This document shows, piece after piece, positions 1 through 13,450 of a stretch of DNA of 64,000 nucleotides. The notes below the pieces were generated by a model that saw nothing but the letters and a program-made list of their open reading frames with translations, was not told the origin of the DNA and did no database searches. Origin of the DNA: Utricularia gibba (taxonomy: Eukaryota > Plantae > Magnoliophyta); NCBI GenBank assembly GCA_002189035.1, contig NEEC01000018.1:2232001-2296000 (forward strand), written 5' to 3'. Positions within the stretch are counted from its first letter, which is position 1. The number at the start of each line of letters is the position of its first letter. The position numbers and the translations under genes are program-made.

Positions 1-609
<609 letters not shown>

Positions 610-956
610 TTCACTAGTCCCGCGAAAATAAAAATAAAAAAAAGAGAAATAGGATCACCAAGAGACGAGGAAATCACAGCAACTCTGCGTCACAGTCACT
701 CGGTCGGCACAAAAAAAATGTGATCTCCAAGCGGCGACTACTTCAGGCAAGTGATGCTGATCTACTCTCTACTTCCGATCCAAGAATCCAACACTAATCG
801 ACGTCAATGGGGATTGAGCATCTTCCATCCCTCAAGACTCAGATCTGGAATCGGGTTACGGCCGTGGGTACACTCCTAATTCTTCTTATTCATCGAGTAC
901 ACACACACACAATGGCGTCAATTCTTCTTTCATGTATTTTAGTTTCGCGAATACAA

Positions 957-1108
957 TGGGCCCCATTTGCCAACGGCCCATACATTTGGGCCGTTGACGC
1001 CCAATCCACCGTCTCTACAAACAGAAGCTTTGTTGCTCCATTCATTTTGGGCCCAGCATCCAATACCCAATACCACTCCCACGGCCCACCCAGACCAAAC
1101 CATGGGCT
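957..1108. promoter_or_regulatory. Cluster of site II (TGGGCY/RGCCCA) elements upstream of alpha-COP
   Basis: About 7 hexamers in 150 bp (957, 975, 987, 1048, 1050, 1083, 1103). Typical of TCP-bound housekeeping promoters. Confidence 0.7.
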
Positions 1109-1833
1109 TTTGTATTTCCCGATTTAAAATAATTTCCATTATTTAAGATCCTAAAAAAGTTTCCCGGGACCCGCAAAAAGTAGCGCCTAACTTTTCGTGC
1201 AAAGGCAATTGATATTTTTAGAACAGTGTAACTCTGTTTTGTCATTTTTCGGATGATTGTTAATTTAGAACTTTTCATTGGAATTACATTTGATTATATA
1301 TTATTATTTATTTTAATAATTATTTAATCTTTGAATGCAAAAAAAAAAGTAGTTTACTACTCGAAGAAAAAGTGTTCAAATGTACAAGAGTTTTAGTACA
1401 AATTCAATTCTCACAAAATGTGTGATGATGTAATTAGAATAAAATGGGTTTAATTTAAATAAATTCGTATATATGGAATTAAAATATTCTGGTAATTCTG
1501 AATTTATTAAATTATAAAGTGAATATGATATAATTTATAAGTATTACTTTAAATTATATTAATAATAAGCGAAATGAAAAGGGAAGGTTGAAATGCAGGG
1601 GATGGGAGGACGTGAATGGCTGAAATGGGAGCCGACTGTGTTTTTTTCTTGCAAAAACAGTGGCTCCAGAAAGTAGGTGTTTATCTGACTCATCCAACAA
1701 AAGCCATTCCCATTCTGTAACAACAGCTGGGGTGTGGGGATTTGGGTAAAGTGATATACGTGGGTGAGTGGGTGGTCTGCTACAGCCGACGCTTCTGCCA
1801 CTGAGCATCTTCCTTCGATACCATATCTGTGAA

Positions 1834-2634
1834 ATGAAAATTCTCTGCGATGTTTGTACGCAAGAAGAGGCTTCGCTCCTCTGCGTCGCCGACGAGGCCG
1901 TCCTCTGCGCTGCCTGCGACAGCGCTGTGCACTGCGCGAATAAGCTCGCCGGGAAGCACCACCGTCTCGCGCTCCGTAGCCCCCCATCTGATAAGCCTCC
2001 CCTCTGCGACATCTGCAAGGTAAGGGACGCATCAGCTGAAGTGGAAAAAGAAGGCACCCTTTTTTTGTCCTGAGATTTGTTGAACTGCTGGCAGGAGAAA
2101 AGGGCTTTCTTGTTTTGCCGAGAAGATCGAACGATTTTGTGCAAAGATTGCGATTCCCAGATACATAAAGCGAACGAGATGACGAAGAAGCACGTGAGGT
2201 TTCTGTTAACTGGAGTTGGAATCGAAACCTCCCCTGAATCGGTAGCTAACCCAAAACGGAAAAGATCTCCGCCGCCGGCAACTGGGTCGACGAGTAGCAT
2301 TTCAGAGTACTTCATCAACACGCTTCCTGGTTGGCGGGTCGACGATTTCCTTGATTCTTGTTCATATCAAACCTTCAAGGTCTTCACTTTTCCTTTTTTT
2401 CAAGCTTTCAAGTTCTACTCTTTCACTATAAAAAAATGATGAAAATCTCAGGTTGCACAAGAAGAAGCGAAAGATCCCTTCTGGGCTTATGGCCATCAAC
2501 CCACACAAAACCAGATCCAGATCCCAGAGATGATGGGGTTCAAGGAGAAAGATCAACACCTAGTAGAAAATGAAGACCACTTGTTTGCTGTTCCTCAGAT
2601 CAGCCCCGCCAGCTGCAAGAGAGCTTTTTGGTGA
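1834..2634 (+). CDS. BBX21: Double B-box zinc-finger protein, BBX20/21-like (3 exons)
   Basis: MKILCDVCTQEEASLLCVADEAVLCAACD...PPLCDICK|EKRAFLFCREDRTILCKDCD; SISEYFINTLPGWRVDDFLD; C-terminal FAVPQISP motif; no CCT domain. The exact paralogue is uncertain. Confidence 0.88.
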
Positions 2635-4297
2635 TGCCCTTTTGAGCATCAAATCTCTCCACTTCGTTGTTGGTGTTTATCCTTATTTTCTGCCCTTTTT
2701 AGGTAGTTGCTTGTTGGGTGCTTTTTTGGAGCGAATGGAGCTTTTGGTAGTGTCGAAGCTACTTTACTTTGCTTTTGTACATATGAAATATCTCTCCACT
2801 TTTTGCCCTCCCTCTTCGGGAGTCTTCTCTTCTGTGTGTGTGTACAGGAAAGTAAGCTATCTGCAGTCTTTTTACATGGATAGGAATTAGGGAACAAAAA
2901 CCAAAGCATCATTTGTAAACCCAAAACTCCACTAATTAGACATTGATTCCATATTTTTATGTGGTCCAATGGACTTTGATCTGTAGGCAAATCTGGGTCT
3001 ATTCCACCGGTAAAATCGAAAGCCGGTCCCGACTGGTCCTGATCTCATCGAGTGTGAAAACACAGCGGGCAGACATGATGGCAGGTTCACTGCAGAGCCC
3101 ATGCCGGGGGAGATTGAATGTAATCCCCTCCAGCCCGTGGTGGAATTATTTATTTTGATCGTGTTCTGCATCATGCGTGTGATTGAAGTGACACTACTAA
3201 GCTTTAAAATATCATACTCATCTCTGGTTCTGGTGTCATGTCATGCTCTCTTCCCGGATTTGATGCTCTGATGAACTCCGGTACGGTGGCGGACGACTCA
3301 GCCCCCTTCTTCCTGTCGATAGTTTGCAGAGACATGCAGGGAATTTTCTGGCTTACAGCTCTTACGAAGAAGCTTCAAGATTTGAAGCAGCATGGAAAGA
3401 AAAAGACTTTCCATATTGAATATCCCTCAAATTCCGCCAGTAATCATATCAGCGTCACACTGATGAAGACACTAATTCAATACAATTGCTGGTTCTTACA
3501 TCAATGAGGCTTTCTGACCATAATGTTTCTAACTTGGAGGTTCCTAGCTGACAGATGTTCAAATTGATGACAATAGAAACAAGGAGCCTCAGCACCTAAT
3601 GCTGCTTTGACCTCAAACCTCATTTCTTCCACAGAACTCACATTTTCAGCCTCTGGTTCATCCCAAACAACCTTATTTTTGTTGACAGGAAAGTGAAGGT
3701 TACATTTCTGTAGGCTGCAAAGGAAGGATTAGCGGTTGTAAGTTATGATTCAATTGAGAAACCAAGAAAGAGGACCAGCTCCCTTGCCGTTTCTCCTGCA
3801 CCCCACGTGAATTAAAGTACTACACAACAATCGCAACATCCCATCCATCATCTGCAAAGACATGATAATTTGCTCTAGTTTTGGCAAGATCCGGTGGCCA
3901 TGCAATTATCAAGCATAAGACAACACCGCATAAACAGACACAATTACATTAGCTGTGCAATTCATTTTTTTGGGACAGCGACAATTCCAACATGATACAT
4001 GGTTTGTATCCTTTGATTCATGAGTTCACTATCGGCCCTCTTGAATTCTTACACCTAGACCTCGTTGTGCCCACAAAGGCTGTCAAGTTTCATAGTGAGA
4101 ACTCACATGCTCTGTTTACTGGAATGGCTAATATCAGAGACTTGATGGTAAAATGATATGATTACCTTGCTAGTTGACGAATTGAAACCTTAACTACAGA
4201 AGCCCCTTTGAGAACGACACTCACAGCACCTTGCTTTTATATCTGTGTTGTTTCACTCTTACGAAACGAATCTTCAAACACCTTGCAAGAGACTTTC

Positions 4298-5719
4298 ATG
4301 GCGTTGGAACCCAGAACACCAGGCAATCTTCGCAAGAAACTCAAAAAGCCATCCCATTCCTCATGGGAAAACGTCATCAATCTTCTCACCTGCAACCAAA
4401 TAGACGATTCCGTTCCTACTATACATCAGTTGACCACCAAACTCACTCCCAGTTTCTTCTGCTCTGGCATCTGCTCCTTTCACGACGTCGTCCGCGCCAA
4501 CAGCCGCGTCGCCGACAATTCCCCAGTTACCCAAAAAGTCCAACTCATCTCTAAGGCGAGAAACAGCACCTTCAGCCGCTCCGGTAGCTCAGGATCCCCT
4601 GCGGTTGGCTCCCAAGGCTCGCAAAATGCCCGAGCATACACCGCCACTGGGTATTCCCACCGGGGCACACAGCTCAGGAAACTCACGGGTTGCTACGAGT
4701 GCCACACCATTTTCGATCCCAGCAGGTAATCGATCAATCCTACCCAACACTTCAACACCCACAATCTCTTTTTCAAACATTCACACGACTCCAGATTGAA
4801 AAAGAAGAAAAAATCTGATCTTTCATCATGCCCACCTTTAAGATGCATGGCAATATTGAATTCAACTGTAATCGGGACAACTTGAAAACATAACTGAGCA
4901 TAATCTTTGCTTGTTGGCAGGCCAAGTACCCACAGTTGTTCTGAATGTGGAGAGGTTTTCCCCAAATTCGAGAGCTTGGAGCAGCACAAAGCAGTAACGC
5001 ATGCGGGTAAAATTCCCCTTCAAGTTGAATAGTTTTTTTAAAGAAAACAATGAAATTGATGCACGTGGCGGACCACGATTGGAGGAAATGATAAAATTAT
5101 TATTTGTATTGCAGTTTCAGAACTGGGCCCAGACGATTCAAGTCGCAACATCGTGGAAATAATATTCAAATCGAGCTGGCTTAAGAGGGACCACACGATC
5201 TGCAAGATCGAACGGATATTAAAGGTCCACAACACCCAGCGTACAATCCAACGGTTCGAGGATTACCGTGACGCCGTTAAACAAGGCGCCACCGCCGGCC
5301 CCAAGAAAAACCCAAGATGCGCCGCCGACGGGAACGAGCTTCTCCGATTCCACGCCGCCACCCTCACCTGCACACTCGGCGCACGTGGTTCCTCCTCCCT
5401 ATGCACCGCCGGCGCGGCCTGCGGAGTCTGCACCATCATACGCCACGGGTTTCAGGACAGTAAAGCCAAGGGCGTACGCACCACCGCAACTAGCGGCCGC
5501 GCCCATGATTGCCTCGACGAGAAGTCACAGACGCGGGCTATGCTAGTTTGTCGCGTGATCGCCGGGAGAGTGAAGCACGTGGCGGGTGATGACGACGGTG
5601 GGCCATACGACTCCGTTTCCAGCGTCGCCGGAGTTTATTCCGATTCGGAGGAGCTCGTTGTCTTCAATTCAAGGGCGATTTTACCGTGCTTCGTGGTCAT
5701 ATACAAGCTAAGGGTATGA
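4298..5719 (+). CDS. Uncharacterised plant C2H2 zinc finger plus PARP/ART-fold-like protein (exons 4298-4725, 4921-5006, 5115-5719)
   Basis: Exon 2 encodes CSECGEVFPKFESLEQHKAVTHA (C2H2). Exon 3 has SRNIVEIIFKSSW, ILKVHN, DGNELLRFH, TTATSGRAH, MLVCRVIAGRV and EELVVFNSRAILPCFVVIY. All splice sites are GT-AG and in phase. Confidence 0.88.
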
Positions 5720-6059
5720 GGCTATCTCTTTTCAAGCTCAACCTTCCCATTCAAAGCAAACAGCACCCCTCTCATCTCAATGTTGTCACAGAATACTTTC
5801 AATTCCAAACAAAATTCATGCATCCCAGAAAAAAGATGCACTATTGGATCACCTCCACATTTTTTATGACATAATGATATAAGCCAAACAAAGAAGGCAG
5901 ATCTGTCTAATTTCCCGGTCCTGATTCACAATGCAGAGTATGAAGATAGTAACTGTACAGATCTTTCAAACACAAGACAATTGTGACTTGATCAGAGAAC
6001 TACACTTTTCACGAACAATGTACAGAAGAACACATGGCCTTGGTGCGTGTAGCCTTTGT

Positions 6060-7215
6060 TCACAATGGAGGCTGAGTAGCATCATCGTCTTCGCCAGGCT
6101 CATCCAAGTCGAAGAAGTTGAAGTTCATGCTTTGAGTGGGGTTGGGGTTGAAGCTTGAATCCGCATAGCACTTCATCTCTTGGAACAAATTCAAGTTGTC
6201 CACAAGTTTATGATAAATATTGCAGCCGCAGCACTGCAAGAAACGCAAAGTATTTCCAATGATAACATGAGCAAAACCATAGGTGACACATTTCCTCATC
6301 ATGATCCAACCATTGTTAACATATGTTTTAGTACTGCTTTATGGAACCTACAGGTTGATAAACAGAAACCCGGCGAAGTAGATCTCCCCGGAGCCTAAAA
6401 TCAGTACCATAATCTCATAATGGATAAACCATTTCTACGCTATCAGTATATTAAACACAGATTATCGATGTTGTAATCATTCTAGGAAAGAAAAACAAAC
6501 TCAAAAGCACCTGCACAAAGACAGTGCCGTCGGTGTAGGCATGAGGATTGATAGCACGCGTGGTTCGCTGGCCACATACGTTGCACGTAAACGCGACTCT
6601 CATCCGCCTACGCGGAGACTTAGTGAAGAGGTGCCACGGAAATCCAGAAGAGGCATCTGCACCCAAATCAGATGCAGAACCAAGGGGCATTGATGGGCCT
6701 TCCATACCAGAACCAGTAGTCCACCCTCTAACGCTGGCAGCGCTTAACACCAGCCCCATCGCTGCGTCCTGAAATCAACTCAAATTTTAGTTCAAAAAAA
6801 TGAAGCTTGAAACCAAGCGATTTTAGGTTCCAGCAAACATGTCAAGCCCGAGAAAATCAAAATCTTTACAAAAGATGAAAAACACCCAGAAACAGAAAAA
6901 TCAAATTAAAAAAAAAAAAAACTTGCCTGGGACAGAAACTGATTTCTCGGTATCGGAAGAAGGCTGGATTCGGAAGAATCGGGCTTGAAATCAGGCTCGT
7001 TGCTGAAGTAATCACCATCTAATGAAAAGAAATAAATTTTATTCTTCAATAATCAAACGGTTAAAGCTCAGAAAAATCGCTCGATGGACATAAAAAAAAA
7101 AAAAACCACTTTTTGGAGACGCCGAGCAACGGGGGAGTCGACGAATCGGAGAATCCATGGACTTGCTAGGAACAAAAGCCGGCAGCGCAACCCCACTAAG
7201 GCGAAGGGCGTTCAT
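6060..7215 (-). CDS. DNL/Zim17-type zinc-finger protein (plastid Hsp70 escort protein-like), 4 exons
   Basis: SPRRRMRVAFTCNVCGQRTTRAINPHAYTDGTVFVQ|CCGCNIYHKLVDNLNLF; transit-peptide-like N-terminus MNALRLSGVALPAF; intron 2 uses a GC donor at 6926. Confidence 0.9.
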
Positions 7216-7603
7216 TTCTCTGCAATTGATTTTACAAGATGCTTTCTTTGCCAAGAATCAGATTCTTATTTCTAACCCCAAGGAAGACAACGGAAGAAAA
7301 ATAATAAATAAAAGAGGATATTACAGAAATTGGGCTGCCAATTAATAAAGCCCAATGGGCCGTATCTTGATCAGGCGCAGGCTTCCCACAGATATCCCGT
7401 GCCCTGGGTCATAATTATCTGAATTTTTAACTCATTTATCAAGATTAAATTTAATAAAACAATATACGAAATCCCTGAAAACCTTGCTACTGAAGTACAA
7501 ACACGGTGCCGAGTGCAGAGCACGATGTCCCGAACAAAAAGAAGGATAGATGAATGCAACTTAGCGCAGAACTCAGAGAAGCTCTTCTGGTGATGACAAG
7601 GGC

Positions 7604-10372
7604 TCACATTCTGTCTTCTCTCCTTCTGGGAGCACATGTGATAATTTCGTCGACCCTCAGGATCATCTCCGCGGCTTCGGTGGCAGACAGCAGCACCGCT
7701 TGTTTCACTTTGAAGGCTTCTGAGATGCCCCGCTCTGCCATATCTCCAACCTTTGGAAAAAAGCGGGGGATTGGAGATGATTAAGTTAAAGTTACTTGTG
7801 GATGCAGAAGTGAGTGTATGAAGTTACTTACGGATCCTGAAATCACATCGACGCCGGCGGTGCTTCCTTCCTTCTGATGTTCTGCACGGAGCTGTGCTAT
7901 TAATTCAGCACTGTCAAGGCCAGCATTGTCTGCAATGATTGTTGGGATGGCAACAAGAGCTCGTGAAAAGGCTTCAATGGCGTGAGATCTTTTCCCAGGA
8001 GTCTTTCGGGCGAGTTCATCGACTGCTTTTGCCATTACCATTTCAGGCCATCCTCCCCCAAGCAACACCCTGCTGTCATTCACTGTCTGTGACAGAACGC
8101 ACAGAGCATCGTGGAGGGATCTTTCAGCTTCATCCAGCATGTGAAGGCTGCCAATAAATGCATTAGGAACAAGATTTTGAAACCGTAGTAATGAAGATAT
8201 TGCAGATGTCATTTTCAAAATACCTCGCACCACGTAACACGATTGTACAAGCCTGGCCCATTTCAACACCAGAAAAGTGGATTAACTTGTCCTCGCCAAT
8301 CATAATCTCTTCAATAACTTTGCAGTGACCAAGTTTCACTGACTCTGGATTATCAAATGTTGATGTGATCTCACCACCAGTGACAAGAGCCAATCTTTCA
8401 ATACCATCAAAATCAGCATGCTCAATTGCAAGTATCCCAGCATCAGCAAAAAGCTCCTCTGGAAAATTGTAAATCAACTGCCGGTTGACAAAACAATTGA
8501 TCCCGTGATTAATAATCTTTTGGACCTTATCCCTCATCTTTCCCTTCTCAGCTGCCTCAATCTCAGCAACTTTAGCCATTGAATCAACTCGAACACGGGC
8601 ACCATAAATCTTCACTTTATCAGTGTCCATTGCAGTATTTGCGACCAAGATCTTGGCATTCTCAATCCTTTTCGGTTGTCCAACACCAATTTTTTTGTCC
8701 AAAATAAAGCTGCAAGAATTACAAGTTTATGAAGCAAAAAAAAAGGCCAAAGCTTCAAACATGAATGCACTCATAAAAATGAATACGTTCTCAAAATCCA
8801 AAACAATGAACCATAACACAAATCAAATGAACTTTCTGGAGAATTTAATCAACGGAAAACTACAAAAGATCATACCCCTCATCAAGGAATGAATCTGCAA
8901 GTGAACCACCAGGTTTCTTTATGATTTGAATTGATTCCAAGTTGGTACTTCCCTGCCGTTTCCATCATCATTAGATCATCAAGTAAGAATACGTAATTTG
9001 AGACATACCATTAATATTAAATTCCAAAGACAATGCTCTAATCCCCCTAGAATTGAATGCTGATCAGAACTTGGAAAACAAGAATGTACCTTCAGCCTCA
9101 TAACTGCATCAACAGCTAACTTTGAGAAATGCTCTTTGTCCTGAGACAGGATTTTGGAGCTCAAAGTGGTCATCGCAATCTTCATCAGATCAGACTTGAA
9201 TTTCTCTGGAAAACACATATTAAGTTAAAACTATGTACAAATGAAATGATAAAAATCAATGAATTTACGAAAAATCTTTTCTCAAACTCAGAATAGACAA
9301 TGCACAAAACCAATCACCTGGATCTTGCTTGTTATCCACAACTCTATCAAGCAATGCATTTCTTGCACATTCTAGGGCCATGCGGTAACCTGAATGCATC
9401 AAGAATTATAGTTTTATCAGTCACATTCAATAAAAAGGACGGTAAACTCTAGCCATCAGGTATCAAAAGGATCTCAATTTTTTAGAAAAACGGAAGCTAA
9501 ATTAGCAACAAGAAACAAAAACACACACCTGAAATTATAGTCATTGGATGAACCTTGGCATTCACCAGCTGTTCTGCTTCCTTCAGAAGCTCCCCAGCTA
9601 AAACAACAACTGAAGTTGTACCATCACCGACTTCATCATCTTGAACTTTTGAGATATCTGATAGCAGTGGTAAGAAGATCAATTTACCTTTATCTACTAT
9701 CAAAGAAAAAAATATTCCCTGGACAATTGCATGCTGCCCAAAGAACATTAAAAGAACACTACAGCATAGAGTTGTCAAAAACCTCACGTTATGGTGTACA
9801 TCACAGTAGAAATCATTTTATAGAATCTAAAATCTAAAAAAAAAAAACACACACCAACAAGAACTTTAGCCGCAGGGTTGTCAATATGGAGGGATTTTAG
9901 TATTGTTGCTCCATCATTTGTAACTGTGACACTGTGTCCCCTGCCGGTAGATTGCAAGATCTTATCCTGAATAGAAAAGACACGAAAACTGGGAATTAAT
10001 TAAGGCCTAACAAATTAAATATAGGCTTAGCACAGAACCTGATAAGTAAAAAAAACAGAAGTTGATGTACCATTCCCTTTGGCCCTAATGTTGTCTTGAC
10101 CAAATCTGCAATTGCCATGGCCCCTACAAAGGATGCCTGATACGGAAAGTATGAGCTAACTGTGAACAAATAAAAAACCCACCATACCAAATGGAAGCTT
10201 ACCATTCTAGCACGCTCACCCTTTTCTTCAGTAGCCTCATCTTTAAGAAGCTTTTCTACCTGTTCGAATAAAATTAGTGTATTAGCATCTGCCTTTCAAC
10301 TGAAAAAAGGAATAGCACCTTCTGGGGCAAAGACAATGATTGTAGGGCAACTAAATAACTACATACCGCCAT
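7604..10372 (-). CDS. CCT2: T-complex protein 1 subunit beta; a 5'UTR exon lies near 10717-10800
   Basis: MA|[19 protein letters not shown]|[75 protein letters not shown]; ends [16 protein letters not shown]. Confidence 0.97.
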
Positions 10373-11027
10373 TTGCAGAAGAAGGAACTCTGATGAAGCA
10401 GTAGCAGATTGCACACCTAAGTATACAAAAACACGTTTTGTTACGCATACATCAAACGAAGCACAAAAACACTTTGGTGAACTATTCCCCGAAATCTCAC
10501 TACGCACACCTCGCTAACGCATATTTCCTACGAACTTAGAAAGGGCTGCAACCTGACAATAGAACGACTTCTTCTCGAGTTGACAAGATAACAAAAGGAT
10601 ACTGAACTCAAATTTCAAAAACCCTAGAGGGAACCAGTACATTTCTCACAACACTACTGGTAATAAATCACAAGAATCCATAGAAGAGAAAAGGAACAGC
10701 CGACGGAAACATACCTGGGGACTGATACGACGGCGAGCTGGGGAAGAATCAGGGGTTTTGCAATGGCGAACAAGCGCGCCCCTGACGCCCGCTCAGTATT
10801 CAGTAACCGAAACGCTCTGCGCCCCTCGGCCCAATGGGTCATGACGGGCCCGCGGACCCTACCACAGCCCAATAACCATGAGATACCAAAAAAGGCTTCA
10901 TTTTAAAAAGAAGATATTTATTTAATAAACACCCTTGATGACGACATCTTTAATGGGCAAGCGGCATACTTATAACATTTATCAATTATGTAATATTACA
11001 TGGTCCAATGAATACCCAGTGTCCATC

Positions 11028-13005
11028 TCAAAAGTCGATTGGCCCCCTGATCTGCACACTCTTGGCCGTTGATGTCAATTTTTTGTCGACGTGGAGGCCT
11101 GGTGCCCGTCCGATTCCGATCTTGGGAAGGCCACGATTCAGGCCTTCAAGCAATACGCATGCTTTACACCATTTCTACGTGAACAGGAAGAAGGATGCAG
11201 TGATCATGGGGCACAATGGAGAGAGTGAAGCAGATGGAGCTGAGTCGAGTTTCGTGAAGTAGAAGATGTATAGAATGAGATACCTGGCTTGAAATGTAGC
11301 CACATCTTTCACAGTTTCCCTGCTCTGGCATTTTCGTGCATGCTGAGATCCTGAAGTCTTCACCGGATTTTATGATGTCGAGTATACCTCTGGGCCTGAA
11401 AGGTGAACCGTAAGAAATATGAAATACAGCAGAGACGCGGTGGCTGAATAACACTGAGAATCCTCAACCTTATTCTCTCAAGATCTTTGATGAATTCGCG
11501 GGCGAACCCACGGTATGCATTCGGGGAATATATGCCTGCAAACATTCAGTGGAAAACACCTCAATCAAAGAGACAGATAAATGGACAAGCGCAGACCATA
11601 GATAAGCACATAGACAAGCATTTAAATGGTACAAAGAAGCTTGATGCTTACATTCGGTTGAGAAGTAATCCAGCTTTTTGAAGTATGCGTACGTGAAGGA
11701 AGATGGTTAAGGTTACACTAAACAGGAACTGTCCGATCTGCACAGCAGAAAGGTATGAGATGTGATGAATGCCAAGGATATATAACGATTTCTTTCTCGT
11801 ATGTGTATTTGAAAGGCTTGCATCTTGGAATAGGACCATCTTCGCCGGTGGTTATTGAGGTGCATCTGCTAAGCCTGGAGCAGGAATAATAAGACAGTGA
11901 TGGGAAGGTAGGGAAACATGCTGCACACCAATATTTACCTTGCAATGTCGCCTCTTAGTATGTTTAGGAGCACTGTCTCAGCAATGTCATCTGCGTTATG
12001 CCCAGTAACCAGCTTATCTACTTTCAGAAGGGCAGCACCCCGATCAAGTGCCTTAAAGAAAAACAGCAACACCCAGTTCATGTTTGCATTAGGATCTATA
12101 GCATGCATGGACCAACAACATTGCTAGAGATTGGAAGCACAAAGGATAGTATGTTGTTCGGGTTTCATTTACAAGTTTCGTAGTTCTCTGCTTCTGCACA
12201 GCAGAGAAGTAAGCTAGCAATAGATGTAGGAGGAGTTTGTTACCTGACGACGAAACACACCACAAAAAGTGCAATTATTTTTCAAGCCTATGAGCTTCAC
12301 GATTTCATCCATTGTCCATCCATATAAATCTTTGTATGAAACAACTTTAAGAGGAAGTCCATACTGCATAGTGAAGAACACGATATCCCATCACACAAAG
12401 ATAATCAAACATCGAGTTTGAAAAATTCTTGCCATTAGCTATGCCAAATGTTTCAGCTTTTAATTACCTGAATTTCATTTCGCTTCACAGTTTCAAGAGA
12501 ATCATCTCTGTATCCCGTAATGCCTTCATCCACAGAGAGGAGAAAAAGATCAAGGCCATAATTATGCCTACGATTCAGCTCGGATAGCACATAAGCAAGC
12601 ACAGTGGAATCTGCAAGAACAAATTAAAAGTTCATCCAACCAATTTTTCATGATTACTTACGGTAAGAAATGAAGCAAATTCCAACTGATTTCTCATAAT
12701 TCTCAAACCTTTTCCTCCAGAAGCTCCAATGGCGATACGTTCGCCAGGATTGAAAAGATGATTATCTACGATAACTCTGTGGATTTCATCCTCGAATGCA
12801 ACATAAAAACACTCCTTGCATGTCTTTCAAGGAAAGAAAGCATCCCGTTCAGAAACGGAAAGATCACACTGCAAAAAGATAGAAATCAAATTAAAATTAC
12901 TTGTTGGAAGGTCTTGGGACGCTTGAGAGCAGCACGTCTTTCGCCGCAGATCGTGCAAAGCCTTGTAGACCTCGGCGTCGCCGCCGGCGCCCCCTCCGAC
13001 GCCAT
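11028..13005 (-). CDS. CTU1: Cytoplasmic tRNA 2-thiolation protein 1 (NCS6/ROL5-like)
   Basis: [33 protein letters not shown] (PP-loop), [78 protein letters not shown]. Confidence 0.96.
11693..11781 (-). other. U12-type (minor spliceosome) AT-AC intron in CTU1, 89 nt
   Basis: 5' site ATATCCTTGG, branch site AACCTTAAC about 14 nt before a terminal AC. Removing it restores EIVM-YAYFKK in frame. Confidence 0.93.
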
Positions 13006-13450
13006 AAACTTGAGAAGCCCGCTTAACCGTAAATTTCATATGGGCTCAATGGTTTTAATCTCATGCACCTTTTTCCATAGCTCAGCCCAACAAAGAAGAG
13101 CTTTCATAGTTCAACAATTTCAGCTACGGCTCATTAACCCTATTTCCATAGTCCAGTCCAAACAAAACAAAAAAAAAAAAAAAACCGAACTTGTTTGGCG
13201 AATGAAAGAAAACAACTGTGGGAGGATCTCTTTGCTTTTCAGTTTTCCCTTGGATTTTCCGTTCGGTAAGAAATCTCGCCGTCGTTGCCGGAAGCTTCCG
13301 GGCAACTGCCCCCCAACTGCGTTCATTGCCACCAGGGAATTAGATTTGGGGCGGTTATATAGATATATATTTGAAGAGGGTTATTTGTTGTTCTGGAGGG
13401 GTGGGAAGTGGAGGAAACGCGGCTACGGTTTGTTGGGTCGGTGTAAAACG

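Noticed and set aside
1554-2321. 255-aa and 157-aa minus-strand ORFs
   Set aside because: Antisense shadows of the GC-rich BBX exons, with no recognisable motif.
10593-10602. GTATCCTTTT U12-like donor on the minus strand
   Set aside because: It lies inside the CCT2 5'UTR intron and I found no CCTTAAC branch site downstream; likely a chance match.
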